This document shows positions 37,256 to 46,837 of a stretch of 64,000 nucleotides of DNA, in pieces. Made by a program: the position numbers and the translations under genes. Positions within the stretch are counted from its first letter, which is position 1. Every line of letters begins with the position of its first letter. The stretch is taken from NCBI GenBank assembly GCA_002269645.1, contig NIVC01001271.1:62001-126000 (forward strand), written 5' to 3'. The notes beneath the pieces were generated by a model, which was not told the origin of the DNA, ran no database searches, and was given only the letters and a program-made list of their open reading frames with translations. Origin of the DNA: Macrostomum lignano (taxonomy: Eukaryota).

Positions 37256-37722
37256 AGTTTAGCAATATATGTTTTAGAGACAGACAGACATTGCCTGACA
37301 TTCTGCGCAGTACCCCAGCCAACAATGTCTCAAACCCTAAACCCTAAACCCTAATGCTCCATTTTATGTCTACCTCTATCCTACTAACTATTAACAAGTT
37401 TTTGTTTGTGTATGGCCTTAGATTTCAGAATACATGCAAAAGTAGTTCCGGGTATTGGAATTCCTCGGGTTCAAAATCCGCGGGTTTTAACAGCTTGTTA
37501 ATTATAAAGAATTAATAAAGTTAAAAATGTTATATTACTTTTACTAAATAATAGTATTTTTAGCATTAAAATAGCAATAAAATTAAAAGATATAATTAAA
37601 AATAAAATAGCATTAAAATGGTAACCAGAATAAACAAATGAAAATAAAAAAAGGTTACAAATGACTTTCAATTTATGGGATATATGCAAGCATATCCTAG
37701 AACCATGATACCTATGAGTTGG

Positions 37723-38023
37723 CTCATACATGAGCAACCTCCGAAATTTGGTCGGCCATGCGACTTAGTTTCAACAAAAATGCGACGTAGTTTTTGGCCA
37801 AAAATGCGACTTACATGTAAAAAAACCCTAAAGCAAAATTAACGCAACTTTGGGTAAACGGCAGGAGTAACTATGACTGTCTTATTAAGCCAAAATGCCT
37901 CGTCAGCTACTTAGTACTACTACTTGGTTATTTTTCAGGTGGGCATTTTTGCGACTTCCTTGGTTGGCCACCAGATCGGTCGGCCGGATCGGCCGACTCG
38001 GCCGACTGTTGCGCATGTATGAG
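37723..38023. mobile_element. ~300-bp TIR element (MITE-like) carrying a 28S rRNA fragment
   Basis: TIR CTCATACATGAGCAAC / GTTGCGCATGTATGAG (15 of 16 match), TTGG on both flanks, subterminal GTCGGCC/GGCCGAC repeats; CpG-rich relative to its surroundings. Confidence 0.7.
37852..37915 (+). rRNA. 64-bp diverged fragment of LSU (28S) rRNA, R2 / I-PpoI target region; not a functional rRNA gene
   Basis: GGGTAAACGGCAGGAGTAACTATGACTGTCTTATTAAGCCAAAATGCCTCGTCAGCTACTTAGT versus conserved 28S GGGTAAACGGCGGGAGTAACTATGACTCTCTTAAGGTAGCCAAATGCCTCGTCATCTAATTAGT. Confidence 0.85.
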
Positions 38024-40034
38024 TTGGCTAGTCTAGTCATATAAAAGCTACAAAAAGCAGCTATGCAATAGTATTACTATCTTGATTACATATTTAGCTA
38101 TCATTGAGGCATTACCCAACCATTGTCTATCAACTATTTGCAACCAGGTTAGCAAAATTCACTCATTTCCCTAAGTTACATTGGTGTAGATAAATCAAGT
38201 GACTAGAATTATATATATGCATGTAATGAAACCTTTGTAAGATAAAAAACAATGCAAGAAAAAGTAACATTGATGCTGGCAAGTGCCAAACTGGCTAACT
38301 ATAGGTATTAGTATAAAACAATTTGAAGCATGCAGCTCTATTTTGCTTTTGCATTTAATTTCTATAGGAATAAAACATTCTCCATATGCAGAAGCAAATG
38401 GTACAAGCATGAAGAAGCTAGAGATGAAGTATATGTGTAGTATATCCTATATATCATACTGAAATTCAAACCTTACTACATTATACCTTTCTTTATAATA
38501 CATATTTACCTAAAGTCTACAAGTACTTTAAAATGCACTGCCAATAAAACACAATAGAGATACTTGCAATAATTGCTAAGTAGAATAATAATTTATTTTG
38601 GAAGCAAATAGAAGTCACAAATTTTCTTTGCGACATGCTTCTTATCACTGTACAAATTGTAGCCGTAGCATATAGCTTAGTTATTGGATGTCTAATATTA
38701 GCCTTGAACCAATGATAGTTGGAACCAATGATAGGGACAAACTCTACTACTGAATACTAACTACAAAAGTGAGAAAAAGGGCTTATTAGAATGCAATAAA
38801 CACAGCCTTTCTGTCCTCTCTCCCTTTCTCTTTGTCCTTAATCTCTTTAATTTAAGTTTCTCTTTAATTGTCCTATATCCTCATGCTTCTTATATGGCAT
38901 CTTTACTTCTCTTTCTCTATTATTTAAAAAATATTTAAAATTCAAAATTAAAATTGATTTGATTTTTTTAATTTAAAACCTGATTGCTAGGTGGCTTGCA
39001 GTATGTTATACACCTGCTGGCCATCTCTTAAAATGCATGTTTGATATAATATAGTGCAAAATTTAAAACTGGCCCCTATCCTATCCCTTTCAATTATTAA
39101 ATCAACAGCTCCAATGGAAAAAGTCTTACTAAAATATTACTAGATATGGAAAGTATATGTTCCTTTCATATGCTTTGTCTAAAAAACCTTTATATCTATA
39201 ACTTCTCATAGCCATATCTATAGCTACAGTGGAACTCCAATGCGTGACCTTGGCCTTGGTAGGATATAACAAATAATGACAGTAGCATGGTAGAGGCAGC
39301 TATGTGATCAGGCATAGCTACCCAGCCTACCATCAAACACTTTGTTGAACCACATTCTGCCATGTCCAGCACCTATTGACCAAGTCAAAAGGCACCTTGT
39401 CCTTGATAGAACTTCATGTCATCAATTTTGCAATTTATGCCAGCTAGATTGACTGGGTTAACCAACAGTTATGCATGTATATTTGGATATGTATGCATGC
39501 ATGTATATGCTCATGCATTTAGCATACTGGAAGCATTAATCATAATAAATATAATAATGGGTATAAATTGCTAGATAAATAGGAGATGCCACTTTTATTC
39601 ACCTTTGCTTTTGGCAAGGCATCAATACCCTAATTTATATAGTAATGTAACTACTAATATTAGTAGTATTACTACTACTGCACTAACTTGCCCAAAGCCA
39701 CTGGAAATTGAACAAACTACCAGTATAAGCTAAAAGCTGAGTTCTCTGACATCACTAAGGCCTGGCTTTCTAGATCTTTGCATTAATTCATATTCTCAAA
39801 TGTAGTATAAGAATATACATATTTTTCTAAAGCATCAGGTTGAAGAATTCTAACTCCCAGCAAAAGTTCGATAACTTAGAGATAAGTATGTTACATTTAG
39901 AAGCGTGTATAAAAAACTAAGGTTTTAACAGTCCCCGCTGTTATTGTGCTTTATTTTGTGTGAATATGTTATCACACGAAGAGAAATCAGTTGGAATTTA
40001 GCGAATTAAAACAAAAACACACTGCAGCTGCGCA

Positions 40035-42051
40035 ATGTCGGACAAGTGCTGCTATTTAGTGGAGTTCGATTACAAAGCCGACCAGGAGGACGAGCTCTCC
40101 ATAGTCAAAGGCGAGCTGCTGTACGACGCCGAGCCGGAGGAGGACGGCTGGCTTCGCGGCCGGAACTCGGCGGGCAGGCGCGGCCTGTTCCCTGACAATT
40201 TTGTTAAACCGTGCCGCCTGGCCACCCTGCGCCGGGTTGACCCGAAGCTGCGCGCCTCCGGCTTGGAGGCCAACTCTGCTGTCTATGCGATGGAGCCGCT
40301 GCCAGCTGCCGGATCCGCCGCTGTGGCGACCGTCTACGTGCCCAAGCTGGCCGCCAAGTTTCCCGTCCCGCTGGCCTATCTGGACATTGACGGCGGGGGT
40401 GGCCAGCCGCCGCACGAGCAGCAGCAGCTGCCGTCGCGCCCCCTGCCCGGGATGGCGCCCACCAGCGCAGTCAGGCAGCACCAGCCGAAGCCTGCGCAGT
40501 CGGCGACTGCTGGCGGTTCAGCATCGGCCTCGCTGTCTGATAAGGCCAAGCTGCAGATGCACTCGGACTATGTGAAGGTTAGGGAGGCTGGGTTGGAGTG
40601 GCTCGGGTATTGGGGCACAGATCCCAATTACAGACACCCAGATCCCAATTACAGACACCCAGATCCCAGTTACAGACACCCAAATCCCAGTTACAGACAC
40701 CCAGATTCCAATTACAGACACCAAGATCCCAATTACAGACACCCAGATTCCAATTACAGACACCCAGATCCCAATTTCAGACACCCAGATCCCAATTACA
40801 GACACCCAGATCCCAATTACAGACACCGAGATCCCAATTACAGACACCGAGATCCCAATTACATACACCCAGATCCCAATTACAGAAGCCCGGGTCCCGA
40901 ATCCATAAAAATATCCCCATTCACAATCCCTATTTCCATGGCAACGCAGGTGATCCACGCCTACACGGCCCAGCACCAGGACGAGCTGACCCTCCACATC
41001 GGCGACGTGATCCGCGTCACCAACCGCAACCTCAGCGACGACGGCTGGTGGCAGGGCGAGCTGCACGGCCAGGTCGGCGTGTTCCCCGACAACTTTGTTG
41101 AGCCCTGCTCCGCCTCGGCTGCCGCGCCTGCCCGACAGGCCGCCTCCTCGACTGCCGCCGCCGCGCCGGCCCGGCCGCCTGTCAGCGCCGCCGCCCGGCA
41201 CCAGAACTCGTCCGGCGGGCTGGACTCCGCCGCTGCACACGCCGGCAGCAACGGCCTGCTGGCTGGCGACCACCCGCAGCGGCAGCCGCTGGCCGACGCG
41301 GCAGCTGGCAGGCCGCGGCCGGTGGCCGGCAAGAGGCCGCCAAACGGAGCCAATCACAGGGGCCCAGTGAGTGTCCTACTGGGGATGGGAATCCCAAAGT
41401 GTAGGGTATTGGAATCCTACAGTGTAGGGTATGGGAATCCCACAGTGTAGGGTATGGGAATCCCACAGTGTAGTATGGGAATCCCACAGTATAGGGTATG
41501 GGAATCCCACAGTGTAGGGTATGGGAATCCCACAGTGTAGTATGGGAATCCCACAGTATAGGGTATGGGAATCCCACAGTGTAGTATGGGAATCCCACAG
41601 TTGTAGGGTATGGGAATCCCACAGTGTAGGGTATGGGAATCCCACAGTGTAAAACACGGTAAAGCCAAATCCAGGTGACCGCTGGTTGCTAAGGCCCGCA
41701 TAGCAACTGAGCAGCAATCCATTGAACGCCCCGCAGCATCTGGAAGAGGAGGCCAGCCGCACCGAGAGCTCCCAGCTGACCACGGCCGCCACGTCTTACA
41801 GCGCGGCTGGCGGGTCCGGTCAGCAGCAGCCGGAGACGCTCGCTGAACTGCTTCAGGAGGTGCAGCGCCTTCGCTCGGAGGCGGCCCAGCGCGACCGGGA
41901 GATCCTGGAGCTGAGCAGGTTCAAGCGCACGGCTGTTGACAACATCGCGGGCCTGAAAGAGGAGATCGACAATATTAAGAAGAGCTTTCACGCCTGCTGC
42001 GTGGACATGGACCGGGTGAAGCGGGAGCTGGCCAGCCTCAGCAGTATCTGA
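40035..42051 (+). CDS. SH3KBP1: CIN85/CD2AP-family SH3 adaptor (SH3, degenerate SH3, SH3, Pro/Ala-rich region, C-terminal coiled coil). Exons 40035..40577, 40950..41366, 41737..42051, 424 aa
   Basis: SH3 VEFDYKADQEDELSIVKGE..GWLRG..GLFPDNFVK and DYVK|VIHAYTAQHQDELTLHIGD..DGWWQGELHGQVGVFPDNFV. The FPDNFV signature and terminal coiled coil fit the family. Phase-0 GT-AG introns. Exact orthology is uncertain. Confidence 0.8.
40618..40885. repeat. 21-bp minisatellite (~12 copies) in SH3-gene intron 1
   Basis: Unit CAGATCCCAATTACAGACACC. Confidence 0.93.
41380..41651. repeat. 23-bp (and 20-bp variant) minisatellite in SH3-gene intron 2
   Basis: Unit GGTATGGGAATCCCACAGTGTAG. Confidence 0.93.
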
Positions 42052-42281
42052 ATAGGACCGGGTGAAGCGGGAGCTGGCCAGCCTCAGCAGTATCTGAATA
42101 GGACCGGGTGAAGCGGGAGCTGGCCAGCCTCAGCAGTATCTGAATAGGACCGGGTGCAGCGGGAGCTGGCCAGCCTCAGCAGTATCTGAATAGGACCGGG
42201 TGAAGCGGGAGCTGGCCAGCCTCAGCAGTATCTGAATAGGACCGGGTGAAGCGGGAGCTGGCCAGCCTCAGCAGTATCTGA
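42010..42281 (+). repeat. Six tandem copies of a 46-bp unit spanning the SH3-gene stop codon
   Basis: Unit GACCGGGTGAAGCGGGAGCTGGCCAGCCTCAGCAGTATCTGAATAG; the first copy encodes DRVKRELASLSSI*. Confidence 0.95.
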
Positions 42282-43218
42282 GCAAATGATAAAGGAATCT
42301 GATATTGAACAGACATTCACATGAAGTTCATTTGCAATGCACACCACACACCGATTCTGTCAGTTTTTACCATTTTTTTTACTTTGTGAGACCCAAGATT
42401 GATTATAGTCATTGCTTCACGAGTATTAAGAATTTACAAGCCGCCCGCAATTCACAATCACAAGTAACAAGGGAATTCGCATAGTGCATTTTTCTAATTC
42501 ACCATTTGAGTTGAATGATGTAGCTCGTACATCAACAATCTAATTAGCTTCCTGTGAATTCTCTTCATAATAACTTATGAATTTATATATGCAGCTGTAA
42601 CATTATTTGTCATTAATTACTAGTAGTGTTCACAACACAAGTTTCGTGAATTTTGTATTTTTTACCATTGTTATTGTATACTATTAATATTAATTATACT
42701 GTCAGCACCAGAAATCGTATTGTTTACAAACTTTGTTTGCGAAACTTTATATTGTTTTTAATTGTTGTCTATCTGCTCAACCATTATTGCTATTGGATTG
42801 AATCAAGAGCAGAAATGTTTAAGTTGCGACATTACAGAATCCTTCTTTTATGGCTCTTACCTGCTCTAATTTAGTAGTTTTATTACTGGATTGGATTAAC
42901 TGTGCTGTGAGGCTTTTTTGGCCCATTTATTGCATGAAAGTGCAAAGTACAGAAACAATGCGCTTTTCCAAGTTTCATTTATTTACAACATAACGTAACA
43001 ATCAGATACTGTGCGCTTTCGCAACCCAACACAGTATTGTTGTCGCAGTGCTTTTTTTAAAGAAGAAAAAACAAATACACTGTGAATTACAGTGCAAACT
43101 AAAGCACATATGACTGTGAAAAGCAACGTTTTCTGCTCTGCTATTCAATTTAATCAGTGATTTTTTCTATTATGTCAAATTTTCAAAGGTTTACGGAAGT
43201 ATCATTTTTGCACGATAG

Positions 43219-43456
43219 GCCCTACGAGTACTTTTCTAACGCAACTTTTCAACTGGCGAGCCACGTGGTCCAGGCCGAGGGCTACTGCCCCCAACCTGTT
43301 CAGGACGTCCTGCTGCTCACTCTGCGGGGCCCGCTCAGGCGGGGTCAGGCCCGAACCTGTCAATACGTGGACTGCCTCCTACGCGACGCCGGGGCGCCTG
43401 ACACTGCCAAGAGGGCGAACATCGTCCGCTCTCAGGCTCTGCGGCGCGCCATCTGA
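43219..43456 (+). other. Isolated GC-rich exon-like open frame of unknown identity
   Basis: Acceptor-like TTTTTGCACGATAG|, then an open frame PYEYFSNATFQLASHVVQAEGYCPQPVQDVLLLTLRG...RRAI* with GC3-rich codons inside AT-rich flanks. No family recognised. Confidence 0.3.
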
Positions 43457-46400
43457 CGCACCCTGCTCTGTGACTGTGCTTGCCAGGCTGCGTAATTTTG
43501 TGGACACCGACATCAGTCGACGCCTATTAATCTATAGAAAGTATTAAAATTTATTTAACCCTAGCATATTAGCTAATTTATTTTTTTGTCTTTTTCAGTA
43601 TCGCTACGATTATTACTTTGATGTGATAATGTTAAACGCACGATTTTAAACTTTGTGAAAAGAAATTATATTTAATAACATTTTTTGTATCATGAATGAA
43701 ATTCCTCCTTTTATTTAGTTTAAGTATTTCTTTTCAACCAGCAGAGTCAGATAATCTATTTAGAAGTTCTTCCTAGGCCTAACTAAATTCACAAATCACA
43801 AGGTTTTTTAGAAGTCTTATGCTTTATTCATACAGCTTACTTGGTATTTACCGTATATATGAATATGCGGCAATAGTGCAGTTTCGTTCGCGAAATTATT
43901 TTTCGTTTAAATTTGAAAGTTCGAAAGTTGGAAATTTTTATGCCAATGACACTGACAGGAAGTTGGCATAGAAGTAGGAACAGGGGCCCGTGGGGCCATG
44001 CCCCCCCCCCACTTTTCGAGAGTGGGGGCAGCGAAGTCATCTGGCCCCCATTTTTATTAGACAAAAAACTTTTTTGAACTTCTTACTCCTGATATAAAAA
44101 ATCATATATGTAGGAATGGGGGGCAATTGACCATGCTCCCCCACTTTTTTAAGCATTCATTCCTATGTATGCCATAGCTACGCAATAAACCTATGGAAGT
44201 TTGCATGCATGCAGGATGTTAACGCAATAGGGTGCACATAAGCAGATGTACACTTCTAGGCCTAAAAGAGGCTACGCCTATACCATGCCCTTATTGTTTT
44301 TAGAAACAATAAAAATCATATTAAGTAGGCCCCCTATATAAATTTAATAGTTTTTTTAAACAAATTGTATAGGCCTATTATAAACTTAAACTAACATTTT
44401 AAAAAGTAAGGGCCTATATATATTAGATAATTTATGCTTTTATTAAAATAGTTTTTGAATTTTTGTAACATTTAAATTTATATTAATAGTATACTATTAG
44501 GGGGCTAAAATATTTTAGATTTATTGTATTGCTAATATGCTTCAGACTAAGGGCTTAGTCTAATAAGTGTTGATAGACAGTTGACAGAGCTCTTATATTA
44601 TTAACTTAGCAGTTTGTCTACCTTATTAGTTTGGTTCCTAGCATCCCCAAAGATTTGCAGTATTGTTGCAGGCTTGCCTGGGCTGCTTTTTGTTCTATGA
44701 GCCTTGAGGGCAGTCCTACAGTCTGAGGTCTTACTTGACTACCAGAAGGCAGCATTGTTCTAGGCGATGATTAAGACTGTCCTAATATATAATGTTGAGG
44801 CCTTGATGCTGAAGGAGTCGCTTGAGTAATCAGTTGATATGGTATATGCTGGCTTGCTGTATGCAGGCCATCTTCAATATTGGCTATAAGCAAGTGACCA
44901 ACATAGCTTTGTATTGCCTCGCTGGCCTAGGCCCCCTAGTCTATCTAAGCAACCTATTGCACCATTGGCGACTCCAGCTGGCAGGCCACATGATCCATGC
45001 TAAGTTGCACTGCGTATTCTATTATTATTGTTTATATGCTATAGTTTTTTGGTTTTACTAAAAATATTTGATATTATATAGAAATAGTGCATATATAATA
45101 TATAAAAATTTCTAATTGAATGATGCAAGTCTTATGAAAATCAATTAAGCCATTTAGGATATAATTGATTGTACATAAACAAGTGTTGTAGGGCTTACTT
45201 CTGTCCTCTGAACTATCTCACTAAATGCCACCAAATTATTACAGGGTGACTTTTTTCTTAACAATATCCTTAAATAATGCTAAACATTATTTCTTAATTT
45301 CTAATTCCTAATTCTAGTAGTGTTCTGGTAGCATTCTGGTAGTATTCTTAATACTATAATATGGCCTGAGCAGTCTTACTGGTAGTTAGATGTATTATTC
45401 TCCAGTCTGGGCATTACCAAGATTAGAAGGTCACAGCAATTACTTTTAGTACTCTCTTTGCATGAATTCTTGATTCCCAACTCCCAAGCTTCCTCACAAT
45501 ACTTCTTAGAATAAATAAGCAATGGTCTGAGAATTGAGCACATTTTGAGCTTATAGCTATTGAACTAGTGAAAACACAAGTTACACAAGTTGCCTCTCAG
45601 TCTGATCCTATTTATACAAACATGTGTATTTTTAAGAAACATCAAATATTGAGAATATATAGAATATTTTGTAGAGTAAAACAAATTATTAGCGCAGATT
45701 CAAATTGTTACATTCTTAGAAACTATTAACCACTTCTACACTCCTACACAAGCAAACAAGATTTTCATTTTTAGTATATAGGATAATATATTGATTATCT
45801 TTAAAAATGTTCTTGCATATGCTATGCTACTTTCCTGATTATAGTTAGATTTAAAAAGGCCTAATAATTATTAAAGACTCAACTTATAAATAAAATAATA
45901 CATAGATATTCATCTTTGCTTTCTAAACCTTTAATTCTTATTTGTATAATAGAACTCTTTTAATATCTAGAATAGAATTTTACAGCTTACTATGCATATA
46001 TTTTTTGTATTTTTCATTTATATATTAGGCTATAAAAGGCCTATTGCAGCCAATGGCCATTATCATGGATAGAGTCTAATATAGATTGGCCTTTAATAGT
46101 GTAGGCATAGTCTAGTATAGTTAGGCATAGGAAAAGGGATGTCTGGTATGATTTAGACCTTGGTGACAATAAGGGGCTGGGCTATAGCCTAAAAATTACA
46201 ATGCCATGATTATAAAATATATCTTAATCTTCTTAAACATTATTGGTTGGCTTGAATTAGAAATATTTAAAAATAATTTTTATTTAATGTCGCGTCTTAT
46301 TATGCCCAATTCTTTGACTCTTTAACAATGAAATTATGTGTATTTTATTGGTATAGCTTTTATAGAAATATGTACTAAATGTATTAATAAATTCATTTGT

Positions 46401-46837
46401 AATAGAACAGTTTTAGTATTTTCAATACAATTTTATTTAAATGTTAATAAAATGTTAGTAAAATAGTATTAAAAAAAATTATTTATAAATTACAACATAG
46501 TGTTAAATGTTTAACCTAAATTATATTTTTACTAACTATAGTAGGGGCTATGTAACTGTGAATATTGCCATTCTTGTGTATATTATGTTTAGATTCTAGC
46601 TCTACTGGTACTAGGCAAATAAAAATATTATTTTATTTTTTAAATAATTTTTCCATTTCATACTATGCTACATTTTGTATCTAGATCAAAGAAACCCTGT
46701 GTACTTTTATTGAAATGCCAAATTGAAGTCTTTGTTGTGCATCTAACTAGATTTGCAACTGTTTTAACAACTGTAAGTATGTAGTTCAAAAATGCCCTTA
46801 GCAAACAGGCACAGTCTTTCTTTGCAGCTCTGAAAGC

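Noticed and set aside
36039-37325. Leu/Ser-rich and Arg/Glu-rich ORFs
   Set aside because: Translations of the (GA)n polypurine tract.
37852-37915. rDNA unit
   Set aside because: Only 64 bp, with substitutions at invariant positions; flanks are not rRNA.
40035-41450. 471-aa unspliced SH3 ORF as the gene product
   Set aside because: It includes two intron read-throughs; splicing restores the SH3 strand and the coiled-coil exon.
42925-42936. ATTTATTGCATG resembling the 3' end of a flatworm SL exon (possible SL RNA gene)
   Set aside because: Only a 12-nt match to a sequence recalled from memory; not followed by a GT donor, and no upstream SL stem or Sm site was seen.
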